Part shown: positions 45,806 to 56,398 of the stretch, in pieces
Position numbering within the stretch: position 1 is the first letter of the stretch
How the letters are laid out: every line of letters begins with the position of its first letter
Source of the DNA: Dehalococcoidales bacterium
GTDB lineage: Bacteria > Chloroflexota > Dehalococcoidia > Dehalococcoidales > RBG-16-60-22
DNA: 64,000 nucleotides
Direction: 5' to 3'
Assembly (NCBI GenBank): GCA_034414775.1
Contig: DAOULX010000042.1
Coordinates: forward strand, 3,590 to 67,589
Translations under genes and position numbers: made by a program
Notes under the pieces: model-generated
Database searches by the model: none
What the model was told of the DNA's origin: nothing
The model's input: only the letters and a program-made list of their open reading frames with translations

Positions 45806-46843
45806 TTAGCCTCCTTGCGAGTAAATTTTATCCGGTGACCGCCGAACTTTTTTCACGGCGGAGCGTTGTAACATGTCGAGGAAAGCCTCGATGCGGGTGC
45901 GATTATGGGCATTGAGGAAGAAATCGGCGTTACCTTCCAGGGTCAATACCGGCAGTCCGAGTTCCTTCCTGAAGATAATATCACCTATGCCACGATGGCA
46001 GAAGGCCTGCACGTAATGGATAACCCCACTCACATGGCGGCGCCGGACCTCGTTTTTGATGTCCTGCAGGCGTTCCTGGATGGAATATGGATAGGTATAA
46101 TTAGCATACCCCTCGGCGAGGGAACCGCCTGGCTCCGGCAAGGTAAACTGACGCTGGACCTCATTGAAAACGATACGTCCCCCGTTTCGCTCGATAAAGG
46201 GATATAAGTCCCGTGCGTAGACCGCCGGCACGCCGATATAAGCCAGTCGTGTCTCACCGTCCGGATAGGGCTGGCGTTTCGAGCAGGTTTCCAGAAGCGA
46301 ACGCAACTCTTGCTCGTAGCGGCTTACGTCCCGGTTAAAGTCCGATGTGGAGACGAGCCAGAGGTGGTTTTCCCAGCCGCTGACCGTATTCTCTCGCCAT
46401 GTCATCCCGTCGAGGCGGGCGGCTAACTCGCGGCAGGGTCGGAGATCTTCCCGGATAGCCTCGGCTTTTTCCAGAGTCGTACCCAGGGGCGCCGCCAGTT
46501 CTTCCAGGGATAATTGCATGGCGGCGGGATCCGGACGGGTGGGGAAGGCAAAGGGGATGGCCTTGAGACCTTTAAGCTTGAGGGTCTCCATGAGCATTAT
46601 GGTATTGGAGCAGTCGCCGCCGGTGACACAAAGGACTTCTTCGATACCGGAATCGAGGCAGACGCCGTATATACCCTTGATCCAGGCGCAGCAGTTCATC
46701 GGGAAACCGTCCCGCTCGGCGATGGTTATAAAGCGTTCGGGATTGGCGTCGGCGACAAGGATATTGTTGAGGTCTACCGGCTGGTAACCGGCGGACAGAA
46801 GCACCTCGATGGGGACGGTCGTGGTAATGCCGATTTTTTTCAT
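45806..46843 (-). CDS. 2-hydroxyacyl-CoA dehydratase (HgdB/BcrB-like) family protein
   Basis: Family-like pattern (MKKIGITTTVPIEVLLSAGYQPVDLNN..., CAWIKG, CSNT). The start is taken at Met16, because the longer ORF would run into repeat copy 3. Confidence 0.65.
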   Translation of the reverse strand: MKKIGITTTVPIEVLLSAGYQPVDLNNILVADANPERFITIAERDGFPMNCCAWIKGIYGVCLDSGIEEVLCVTGGDCSNTIMLMETLKLKGLKAIPFAFPTRPDPAAMQLSLEELAAPLGTTLEKAEAIREDLRPCRELAARLDGMTWRENTVSGWENHLWLVSTSDFNRDVSRYEQELRSLLETCSKRQPYPDGETRLAYIGVPAVYARDLYPFIERNGGRIVFNEVQRQFTLPEPGGSLAEGYANYTYPYSIQERLQDIKNEVRRRHVSGVIHYVQAFCHRGIGDIIFRKELGLPVLTLEGNADFFLNAHNRTRIEAFLDMLQRSAVKKVRRSPDKIYSQGG

Positions 46844-46883
46844 AAGCACATGCAAACAGGATAGACTCCAAGGACTCTGAAAT

Positions 46884-46974
46884 GTCATCCTGAGCGAAGC
46901 GAAGGATCTCGTTGTGGGGTATTTGCCCTTCTACCCCGAGATTCTTCGGTCGCTACGAGCTCCCTCAGAATGAC
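46884..46974. repeat. Palindromic intergenic repeat element, copy 3
   Basis: gtcatcctgagcgaagcgaaggatctc ... gagattcttcggtcgctacgagctccctcagaatgac. Confidence 0.7.
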
Positions 46975-47033
46975 AGCTCAATAAGCGCCCTGGGCCTTAT
47001 TCATATCGTTAAGATTGCACCCATTAGATTATA

Positions 47034-48023
47034 TCAAATCTGCCGGTAGTAGTTAATGCCGTCCCGGGAGAGCCGGTCCAGAAGCCCGTTGGCGGCCATC
47101 ATCTCCAGGTGGGCCAGCGTCTCGAAGATGGCCATCCTTTTGTGGAAGTTGGGAAGTTCGTGCCAGCCAGTCCAGGTACCCCATCTCGTCTTCAGGGCGA
47201 TCTGGTAGGCTGTCCGTGGCCCGCTATCCATCATACTGTAGATCTCCCGGTTCCTTTCTTCATGGTGCCGCATAATCTGGTCGATGCGGGGTACCAGCCT
47301 GGTAAATGGCTCATCATGGCCGGGGAGGGTCAGCTCAACATTTAGTTGGCGCGTTTCCTTAAGCGATTTCAGATAGCGGCCGAGGGGATTTTCGATAGAC
47401 TGCGGGTGCACGCTGATGTTGGGCGTGATTTTCGGGAGGATATGGTCGCCGGCGAGGAGGATTTTTTTCTCCGGCTCGTAGAGGCAAATGTGACCGGATG
47501 AGTGACCGGGCGTCCACACGACGCGAAAGTTGAACAGTCCCGTGGAAATGGTTTCACCGCCGTGAAAGGTGGAGTCGGGTTGGGTGGGGACGACTAACGG
47601 CACCAGGTCCACGGTGGCATCACGGAGCCGGACCATTTCATCGTGGGTTACACCGTTGGCGATGAGCATCCGGTCGGTGTCGTGGAGCAGTTCCTGCATC
47701 GTAACATAGCGGGAGGCAATGAAATCCTTCTCTATGTGGTGCATAGACAGGGTCGCCCCGGAGAGCTGTTTAATGCGCCCGGCCATACCGTAGTGGTCCG
47801 GATGGACATGGGTGCAGATTACCTGCGAGATGTCTTTGATATCAGCCCCGATTTCCTTCAGGCCGCGGGAGAACATATCGAAGGATTCGGGCGTGTTCCA
47901 GCCAGCATCCACCAGGAGATAACCGTCCCGGCCGCGGGTCAGGTAGATGTTGACCTCTTCCGGGCCATCCATGGGCGATGGCATTTTAATCCAGTAAATA
48001 CCTGGCGAAACTTCTTTTATCAA
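47034..48023 (-). CDS. MBL-fold metallo-hydrolase with a C-terminal winged-helix-like extension
   Basis: The HxHxDH motif (THVHPDHYG) and downstream His/Asp ligands (GHSSGH, GDH) are present. Confidence 0.8.
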   Translation of the reverse strand: MIKEVSPGIYWIKMPSPMDGPEEVNIYLTRGRDGYLLVDAGWNTPESFDMFSRGLKEIGADIKDISQVICTHVHPDHYGMAGRIKQLSGATLSMHHIEKDFIASRYVTMQELLHDTDRMLIANGVTHDEMVRLRDATVDLVPLVVPTQPDSTFHGGETISTGLFNFRVVWTPGHSSGHICLYEPEKKILLAGDHILPKITPNISVHPQSIENPLGRYLKSLKETRQLNVELTLPGHDEPFTRLVPRIDQIMRHHEERNREIYSMMDSGPRTAYQIALKTRWGTWTGWHELPNFHKRMAIFETLAHLEMMAANGLLDRLSRDGINYYRQI

Positions 48024-48062
48024 TTTTATTTCTTTCTAGCTACCGTGTTCACGGGAATGATG

Positions 48063-49364
<1,302 letters not shown>

Positions 49365-49410
49365 CTAAACACTATCCGTTGTCACATCAAGAAAGGTATC
49401 ACCGGGATTT

Positions 49411-49893
49411 TCATGGTTCTAGAAGCTCCAACGCCTTGTTGACCGCATCTTGTGGGCTGGCCGCCACGATAATGTTATCGTATTTTCGACCTTCAATAGC
49501 TATCTCCCAGGTGTTCAGGCCGATAACGGGGATCCCGCTCTGGAGAGCATGGCCGATCTCCGAGAGAGTGCCGTAGCTGCCATCGACGGCGATGACAACC
49601 TGACATGATTTAACTACGGCAACGTTTCGGGCATAACCTATGCCGGTGACGATGGGAATTCGGACATAGGGATTGGCCGCCAGGCGATTCTCCCCGGGGA
49701 GGATGCCGATCGTAAGACCACCTTCGGCGGCGGCTCCCCGGCAGGCGGCCTCCATAACACCCCCCAATCCCCCGCATACCAGGACCGCGCCCCGCCGGGC
49801 AATCTCGCGGCCGACCTCTTCCGCCAGGTCGGCTATCCGGGGAGGCACTTCGCTACCACCGATCACGCCGATAAAAACAGGTCTATCTTTCAA
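49411..49893 (-). CDS. TIGR00725 / LOG-like Rossmann-fold protein
   Basis: 160 aa with GVIGGS...VCGGLGGVMEAACRGA...GIGYARN, the pattern of the TIGR00725 family. Confidence 0.75.
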   Translation of the reverse strand: MKDRPVFIGVIGGSEVPPRIADLAEEVGREIARRGAVLVCGGLGGVMEAACRGAAAEGGLTIGILPGENRLAANPYVRIPIVTGIGYARNVAVVKSCQVVIAVDGSYGTLSEIGHALQSGIPVIGLNTWEIAIEGRKYDNIIVAASPQDAVNKALELLEP

Positions 49894-49946
49894 GATTACT
49901 TCCTGATGGGATATAAAGAATTATAACACCTGGGTGTGAACGGGGG

Positions 49947-49987
49947 CAAAAGGGGAGGGCTGCGGGAAGTGTACCACCGCAGCCCTC
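49947..49987 (-). terminator. Candidate terminator downstream of ftsZ
   Basis: An 11-bp stem GAGGGCTGCGG / CCGCAGCCCTC is followed on the minus strand by CCCCTTTTG. Confidence 0.45.
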
Positions 49988-50073
49988 TAGACTTACATCT
50001 GCCTGGCAACTCGGCAAGCGGAGCTCGGGGGCTCCGCCTACCAAGTCACCCTTTATTGATGACTTCTATTTTC

Positions 50074-51201
50074 TTAAGTGAAGTGACGTTGCTTGGCCGA
50101 CTCGCTCGGTGTTTCACTGGATGCCACGTGCCGTCGGTGACTGAAAAGGGGACGGCGCAGGAAGGAAGGCATATCCAGCTCGTCCTCTGTCTTCATGCCT
50201 TTCAGGATCTTGGTGAGCTCGTCATCCTCGGTCTCCTGGCCCATGCCCAGCTTGGCATGGAATCCGGTGGTGATGAGGGTAATCCTCACTTCGTTTTCCA
50301 TGGACGGGTCATTGGCGACGCCGAAGATGATGTTGGCATCCGGATCGACAGCCTGTTTGATGACATCGGCCGCCTGGTTGACCTCGAACAGAGAGAGATT
50401 GCTGCCGCCGACGACGTTAAACAGGACAGCCTTGGATCCTTCGATGGACACATCGAGGAGCGGACTGGCCAAGGCTTCCTTGGCAGCATCGGTGGCCCGG
50501 TTCTGTCCGGATCCCTTACCGATTGACATCCAGGCCGGGCCGGCATCCTTCATGATGGCCTTGACATCGGCGAAGTCGAGGTTGATCATACCGGGGGTGG
50601 TAATCACCTCGGCGATGGCCTGGACGCCGTGTCGCAGGACATCATCGGCGAGCTTAAAGGCGCTGTCGACACCGGTCTTGTGGTCACAGAGAGTCAGCAG
50701 GCGGTCGTTGGGGATGATAATCAGGGTATCGACCTTATCGATCAGGGTAGTGATGCCTTCTTCAGCCGTCTCCATGCGGTGAGCACCCTCGAAAGTGAAG
50801 GGTTTGGTAACTACGGCGATGGTCAGGGCACCGCTGTGCTTGGAAATCTCCGCTAATATCGGGATAGCACCGGTACCGGTACCGCCGCCCATACCCGCTG
50901 TGATAAACACCATGTCCGCACCGGAGAGGATCTCCTTCAGCTCATCGCGGTTTTCCTCGGCGGCCTTTTGCCCGATGCGATGGTCGCCGCCGGCGCCGAG
51001 TCCCTTGGTCAGCTTGGGGCCAAGCTGGACGCAAACCGGGGCTTCACAGATCGCCATAGCCTGGGCGTCCGTGTTCATGGCGATGAATTCTACCCCCTGG
51101 ATGTTTTCCCTGACCATACGTGTTACGGCATTGCTGCCACCACCACCCAGACCGACGACTTTTATCCTGGCTGGGTTGGTTACAAAACTTGTTCTAGCCA
51201 T
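50074..51201 (-). CDS. ftsZ: Cell division protein FtsZ (canonical)
   Basis: 375 aa with [18 protein letters not shown] and NLDFADV motifs and a C-terminal peptide LDMPSFLRR. Confidence 0.97.
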   Translation of the reverse strand: MARTSFVTNPARIKVVGLGGGGSNAVTRMVRENIQGVEFIAMNTDAQAMAICEAPVCVQLGPKLTKGLGAGGDHRIGQKAAEENRDELKEILSGADMVFITAGMGGGTGTGAIPILAEISKHSGALTIAVVTKPFTFEGAHRMETAEEGITTLIDKVDTLIIIPNDRLLTLCDHKTGVDSAFKLADDVLRHGVQAIAEVITTPGMINLDFADVKAIMKDAGPAWMSIGKGSGQNRATDAAKEALASPLLDVSIEGSKAVLFNVVGGSNLSLFEVNQAADVIKQAVDPDANIIFGVANDPSMENEVRITLITTGFHAKLGMGQETEDDELTKILKGMKTEDELDMPSFLRRPLFSHRRHVASSETPSESAKQRHFT

Positions 51202-51245
51202 CTCCTCCTCCTTTCACTGATACCTTTTTATTTATTATTCTGTTT

Positions 51246-52448
51246 TCATACGAAGAACTTTTTAAGCTGGGCCGCGATGCGGTTGAATAGCCCCGGTTTC
51301 CAGTTCCTCCTACTCTGGTATTTGCTCCCCCAGAGCAGCAGACCGACACTGGTGGCGTAGGCCGGGTCACGGAGTGTGTCGGCGATACCATGGAGGTTAG
51401 CAGGGGCGCCAACCCTCACCGGGAGCTTGAGGATATCGCGCCCGAGGGCAGCCATGCCGGATAGATTGGCACTGCCACCGGTAAGCACCAGACCGGCGGG
51501 TACCAGTGCTTCGTAGTCCGAATTCGGCATTTCCAGGAGGATGAGCTTCAAGATTTCCTCGACCCTGGCCCGGATGATGTCGCAGAGGTCCTGATAGGAT
51601 ACGCCGTGGCCGTCTTTGGATATAGCCGGAGCCGTATCACTTTTGCTTTCATAAACAGGCATAACACTGCCGTACTTTTTCTTCATCTCTTCGGCAATCT
51701 CGAACGGCAGCCCCAGGCCGATAGCGACATCGCGGGTGAGCTGGTATCCGGCTACCGGTAGAATGGAGGTATGCCAGATGCTGCCTTCCCTGAAGACAGC
51801 AACGTCCGTGGTGCCACCACCGACATCAGCCATGATGACACCGACCTGCTTTTCGTCATCGGTGAGGATGGCCTCGCTGCTGGCCAGGGGCTCCAGGACA
51901 AGGTCTTCGATGTCTATCCCGATGCTCCGGATGCATTTGACCAGGTTCTGGATCGAGGTCACCGCCGCTGTGATAATATGGGTTTCCACGTCGAGTCGGA
52001 AGCCGTGCATGCCGACGGGATTTTTAACGCCCGTCTGACCGTCGACGGCATAGGCGCGGGGGATAACGTGAAGCAGTCTTCTATCAGTGGCGGTCTTCAC
52101 GCTCTGGGCGGAGGCCAGGACCCGTTTCAAGTCGTCCGGGCGTACGACGCGGTCGTTACGAGTGATAGCGACAACGCCGTGGTTGTTGATCGACGTAACG
52201 TGGCGGCCGGTAACGCCGACGTAGGCAGATTCCACTTTATAATTGCTGGCCTGCTCCGCCTTTTTAACCGAGTCCCTGATGGATTCCCTCGCTTCGTTGA
52301 TATTGACCACGAGCCCTTTGTGCAGCCCCCGGGAAGGAGAAACGCCCACGCCCAGGATGCGAGGGCCGCCGTCACTGACATCCGAAAGTATCGTACAAAT
52401 CTTGGTCGTGCCAACATCAACTGAAGCTACGACATTCTGTTTTTTCAT
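51246..52448 (-). CDS. ftsA: Cell division protein FtsA
   Basis: 400 aa with actin-fold motifs (VDVGTTK, DVGGGTTD). It lies immediately upstream of ftsZ and has a strong RBS, AAGGAGGG. Confidence 0.95.
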   Translation of the reverse strand: MKKQNVVASVDVGTTKICTILSDVSDGGPRILGVGVSPSRGLHKGLVVNINEARESIRDSVKKAEQASNYKVESAYVGVTGRHVTSINNHGVVAITRNDRVVRPDDLKRVLASAQSVKTATDRRLLHVIPRAYAVDGQTGVKNPVGMHGFRLDVETHIITAAVTSIQNLVKCIRSIGIDIEDLVLEPLASSEAILTDDEKQVGVIMADVGGGTTDVAVFREGSIWHTSILPVAGYQLTRDVAIGLGLPFEIAEEMKKKYGSVMPVYESKSDTAPAISKDGHGVSYQDLCDIIRARVEEILKLILLEMPNSDYEALVPAGLVLTGGSANLSGMAALGRDILKLPVRVGAPANLHGIADTLRDPAYATSVGLLLWGSKYQSRRNWKPGLFNRIAAQLKKFFV

Positions 52449-52536
52449 CTGCCCTCCTTAAATATCCGTGGTCTTTCGTACCATATTTCTTTCGGTTCTC
52501 ACATACAAGAACCTCCTTTATTGGTTTGCTTATGGT

Positions 52537-53589
52537 TCAAGCGGCCAATAATACCGTCTTGATCTTTTGTAACAGGGCTGGCCGACGCCATCCCCGATAC
52601 TCGGCGATGGTGAGGACCGGATGGTCTCGGGCGGCGTCGGGCGAAGAGTTGTTATTGATCACACGCTGCGCGGCCCTCATTTTGGCGCTGCGGCTGCGCA
52701 CGTTGAGCCCGATTTCGGCTCGGGTGGGGGTAATGACTTTCTTGTTGACCAGTTCCAGGCGTGGGGTATGGCCGCAGATACAGGCCGGCGTCCCCGGGGG
52801 GCAAATACAACCGCGGGACTCTGTCTGCATGAACTGCTTGACGATTCTGTCTTCGAGAGAGTGGTAGCTGATGACTACCAGCCGGCCAGCGTGGCCGAGG
52901 AGATCAACGGCCTGTCTCAGAGCGGCTTCCAGGTGTTCCAGTTCGTGGTTGACGGCGATGCGGAGCGCCTGGAAGGTTTTCGTGGCCGGGTGAATACGGC
53001 CGCTCCGTCCGATGGCCGTTTCAACCAGTGATGCCAGCTGGCGAGTTGTGGAAACGGGACGATTCTCCACGATAATCCGGGCAATTCTGCGACTGCGCTT
53101 TTCCTCGCCGTAGGTCTTGATGATATGGGCCAGCCGGGCTTCCGGTGTCGTGTTGACGATATCGGCGGCGGTGGTCTTTTGGGTGGGATTAAATCTCATG
53201 TCCAACGGGGCATCGGTCTGGAAGCTGAAACCGCGCCGGCTTCCGTTGAGCTGAAGGGAGGACAGTCCCAGATCGAAAAGGATGCCGTGTACGGGGAAAA
53301 AGTCATATTTAATACAAATGGATTGCAGATTGGCGAAATTATCATTGACCAGGAGGGCGGACTCCTTATAGCGCTGGAGTCTTTTCTTCGCCGCCTCGAT
53401 AGCGGCGGGGTCGGCGTCAATACCCAGAAGCTGACCCCCCGGAGAGCTGTGGTCGAGGATAGCCGCGGCGTGCCCGCCGGCACCGACGGTGCAATCGATA
53501 TAGCGGCCGCCAGGCTGTACAGCGAGGGCGCGAAGCGCCTCAGAGAGGAGGACCGGGGTGTGGGTGTGGGTTGATCTCTGGTTCACCAT
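52537..53589 (-). CDS. rsmH: 16S rRNA (cytosine1402-N4)-methyltransferase RsmH
   Basis: [15 protein letters not shown] and FDLGLSS motifs are present. The protein is about 40 aa longer at the C-terminus than typical RsmH. Confidence 0.92.
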   Translation of the reverse strand: MVNQRSTHTHTPVLLSEALRALAVQPGGRYIDCTVGAGGHAAAILDHSSPGGQLLGIDADPAAIEAAKKRLQRYKESALLVNDNFANLQSICIKYDFFPVHGILFDLGLSSLQLNGSRRGFSFQTDAPLDMRFNPTQKTTAADIVNTTPEARLAHIIKTYGEEKRSRRIARIIVENRPVSTTRQLASLVETAIGRSGRIHPATKTFQALRIAVNHELEHLEAALRQAVDLLGHAGRLVVISYHSLEDRIVKQFMQTESRGCICPPGTPACICGHTPRLELVNKKVITPTRAEIGLNVRSRSAKMRAAQRVINNNSSPDAARDHPVLTIAEYRGWRRPALLQKIKTVLLAA

Positions 53590-53592
53590 TAA

Positions 53593-54018
53593 TTATTTGT
53601 TCTCCAGGCTTTCGATAATCTGCCAGGCCTGTTCCTGGCTGTCCATCTTCTCTTCTTCCCAGACTTCCTTGTTCCAAATCTCAAGGTAAGTGTTAGCTCC
53701 GGCGATAACCACGTCGTCGACGATTTCGGCGTGTTCGCGGAGAGGAGCGGGAATGGCGATGCGTCCTTGATTATCGACACGGGTACTGAAAGCGGTGGCG
53801 AAGATGGCGCGGCTCAATTTTCTCATTTTGCTGCGGGTCAGGCCGCTGCCGGTGAGTTGTTCGGCGATCTTCTTCCATTCAACCGGGGTATAGCAGGTGA
53901 TGCACTTTTCCTGACCGGGCGTCAGAACGATACCGTCTTTCAGGGCGTTCCTGAAGCGCGGCGGGACGGGTACCCGGCCCTTGTCATCTACCTTATAATC
54001 GAACTCACCGTAAAACAT
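53593..54018 (-). CDS. mraZ: Transcriptional regulator MraZ
   Basis: MFYGEFDYKVDDKGRVPVP plus a second DxxGR motif (VDNQGRIAIP). Confidence 0.92.
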   Translation of the reverse strand: MFYGEFDYKVDDKGRVPVPPRFRNALKDGIVLTPGQEKCITCYTPVEWKKIAEQLTGSGLTRSKMRKLSRAIFATAFSTRVDNQGRIAIPAPLREHAEIVDDVVIAGANTYLEIWNKEVWEEEKMDSQEQAWQIIESLENK

Positions 54019-54033
54019 CGTCTTCCTGGAATC

Positions 54034-54099
54034 TTACCACTATTTACCACTATTTACCATATTTCACCATTTTATAACACAGACTCCCACATTTGTCAA
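54034..54099 (-). promoter_or_regulatory. mraZ promoter with four 10-bp-phased TGGT direct repeats (candidate MraZ operator)
   Basis: The minus strand reads TTGACA-N17-TATAAA, immediately followed by ATGGTGAAAT ATGGTAAATA GTGGTAAATA GTGGTAAGAT. On the plus strand, ACCA occurs at 54036, 54046, 54056 and 54066. Confidence 0.5.
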
Positions 54100-54328
54100 G
54101 CGATTTGGGAAGAATTTTTAAGAAAAAAAGCGAAAAATCAGGGTGGTGTAATGGCGTATTCTTGATAAAAGCCTCGGAAATAGAACATATGGTCGGATAT
54201 TCACCCGTCAATGGCTCTCAGCAGTTGGTGGGGGAAAGTGGGGGGAAGTCGGTCAAACCGCGCCGGTCGATTGAAATTCCGTTGGATGCAGAGTTTATCT
54301 CTCTGGAGTCAACAGGCAAAATGGTATA

Positions 54329-55057
54329 ATGAAAGCCGTGGGCGGCATTACCGTTATAATATTGTATTCACTGGCATCCGGCGCGACGGTTCTTCTCGGG
54401 GGATTGATTGCCAGGATCAACCCGTTCCCGAAGAATGAAACCGGTCAGGAAATTACCCACGGCATCGTCGCATTCGGGGGTGGCATACTCGTGGCCGCCG
54501 TGGCCTTTGTCTTGGCGCCGAGAGGGATACGTTTTCTCTCGCTGCCCATCATTATTCCCGTCTTCTTCGGCGGTGTTGTGTTATTCTTACTTGTTGACCG
54601 TTTCATTTCGCTGCGTGGTGACCGGGCGGGGCAACTTATCTCCATGTTAATGGATTTTGTCCCCGAAGCGATCGCTCTCGGGGCGGTTTTTTCGAGTGAT
54701 CCAAGGACCGGATTGCTGCTGGCCTTGTTCATCGGGATGCAGAACCTCCCCGAGGCATATAACTCATTCGGAGACCTGGTCAACAGCGGCTTTTCCCCTA
54801 ACCGGTCCTGGCTCATACTGGTCCCTTTCAGCCTGGTGGGAGTGGTGGCTGCCGTAGCCGGTTATTTGTTTCTAACTGGGCATGAAGAGATAATTGCGGC
54901 CCTCATGTTATTTTCGGCGGGGGCCATACTTTACCTGGTATTTCAGGATATCGCGCCAATGGCTAAACTCCGGAACCACTGGATGCCCGCCACAGGCGCG
55001 ACCCTGGGATTTATGATGGGTATGATAGGTGAGAAATTGCTGGGAAGCCTGGTATAA
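54329..55057 (+). CDS. ZIP-family divalent metal transporter
   Basis: 242 aa polytopic membrane protein with a ZIP signature region (LALFIGMQNLPEAYNSF). Confidence 0.8.
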   Translation: MKAVGGITVIILYSLASGATVLLGGLIARINPFPKNETGQEITHGIVAFGGGILVAAVAFVLAPRGIRFLSLPIIIPVFFGGVVLFLLVDRFISLRGDRAGQLISMLMDFVPEAIALGAVFSSDPRTGLLLALFIGMQNLPEAYNSFGDLVNSGFSPNRSWLILVPFSLVGVVAAVAGYLFLTGHEEIIAALMLFSAGAILYLVFQDIAPMAKLRNHWMPATGATLGFMMGMIGEKLLGSLV

Positions 55058-55129
55058 CGCTTTGCCCGTCCCACTTTCCCCACTGGTCGAAGTTATGGTA
55101 AAATATACTTTGTTTTCCGAGTAGAAATT

Positions 55130-55627
55130 GTGATAAATGCGGCCATACTTACCGTAAGTGATAAAGGTTCCCGGGGACAGCGCCAGGATATTAGCGGTGG
55201 CCTCATCCGGGAGATGCTGGCCGGCATTGAAATTAGCGTGGTCAAATACGAAATCGTTCCGGACGAAATGGAGGTTATCACCACCAGGCTTGCGGAATGG
55301 GCCGACGGGGGAGGCGTGGATATTATATTGACGAGCGGTGGGACCGGCCTGGCGGCTCGGGACATCACGCCGGAGGCAACCCTTGCGGTGGTTGACCGGG
55401 CTGTTCCCGGTATCGCCGAGACCATGCGGGTAAAATCGCTGGAAAAGACCCCGATGGCCATGCTGAGCCGGGCTGTGGCGGGACTGCGGGGGCAATGCCT
55501 GATAATAAATCTGCCGGGGAGTCCTAAAGCCGTACGGGAGTGTCTCGAAGTGGTACTGCCGGCTATCCCTCACGCCGTGGAAATCATTAAGGGAGAGGTT
55601 ACCGATCATACTATTGGTATGCCGTAA
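55130..55627 (+). CDS. mogA: Molybdenum cofactor biosynthesis protein MogA/MoaB family
   Basis: ILTVSDKGS...[18 protein letters not shown]...GSPKAV is the MoCF_biosynth domain pattern. Confidence 0.85.
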   Translation: MINAAILTVSDKGSRGQRQDISGGLIREMLAGIEISVVKYEIVPDEMEVITTRLAEWADGGGVDIILTSGGTGLAARDITPEATLAVVDRAVPGIAETMRVKSLEKTPMAMLSRAVAGLRGQCLIINLPGSPKAVRECLEVVLPAIPHAVEIIKGEVTDHTIGMP

Positions 55628-55635
55628 ACGGGAAG

Positions 55636-56397
55636 ATGCGTATTGATGTTCTCACCCTTTTCCCGTCGATGTTCGAGGCACCGTTCAGCTTCGGGATTTT
55701 CAAGCGGGCTGTCGAGAACGGGCTGGTGGAAATGAACCTCGTCGATATCAGGGACTATGCTCATGATAAGCACCGTACTACGGATGACTATCCCTACGGC
55801 GGTGGTGCCGGTATGGTCCTCAAACCGGAACCTATCTTCGAAGCCGTCGACACTATTAAGTCAGGCGTAAAGCACGAGCCGCGGGTCGTTTTACCTACCC
55901 CTCAGGGGCGGCGCCTTACTCAGGATATCACCGCCGAGTTGGCCCGGGAGAATCACCTGGTCTTTATCTGCGGTCACTACGAGGGAATTGACGAACGGGT
56001 ACACGAGCACCTGGCAACTGATGAGATCAGCATCGGAGACTACGTTCTGACAGGAGGGGAGCTACCGGCCATGGTCATCATCGACGCTTTAGTGCGGCTG
56101 CTGCCCGGTGTGCTCGGTTCGGAGGACTCGCATATAGATGATTCACACGTTAGTGGTCTGCTTGAATATCCCCAGTACACCCGCCCGGCAGATTTCCGTG
56201 GCTGGCTGGTACCGGAGGTGCTGGTTTCCGGAGACCACGCCCGGATAGCCAGGTGGCGTCGGGAGCAAATAATACGACGAACCCTGGAGCGCCGGCCGGA
56301 TCTGTTGGACCGGGCTGAACTGGGACTTGAAGAAAAAATGTTGGTTGAGCGGTTGATGGCTGCCCAGCCAGAGGTTATTAATAACAGGGAGTCATAA
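55636..56397 (+). CDS. trmD: tRNA (guanine37-N1)-methyltransferase
   Basis: [13 protein letters not shown]..., [11 protein letters not shown] and [16 protein letters not shown] motifs are present. Confidence 0.95.
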   Translation: MRIDVLTLFPSMFEAPFSFGIFKRAVENGLVEMNLVDIRDYAHDKHRTTDDYPYGGGAGMVLKPEPIFEAVDTIKSGVKHEPRVVLPTPQGRRLTQDITAELARENHLVFICGHYEGIDERVHEHLATDEISIGDYVLTGGELPAMVIIDALVRLLPGVLGSEDSHIDDSHVSGLLEYPQYTRPADFRGWLVPEVLVSGDHARIARWRREQIIRRTLERRPDLLDRAELGLEEKMLVERLMAAQPEVINNRES

Positions 56398-56398
56398 C

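Noticed and set aside
54200-54290. There is partial resemblance to a cobalamin riboswitch core (GGGAAGTCGGTCAAACCGCGCCGGTCG) upstream of the ZIP transporter.
   Set aside because: There is no B12 box (GCCACTG-like), and I could not build the expected multi-stem junction by hand. It is kept only as a low-interest unclassified leader.
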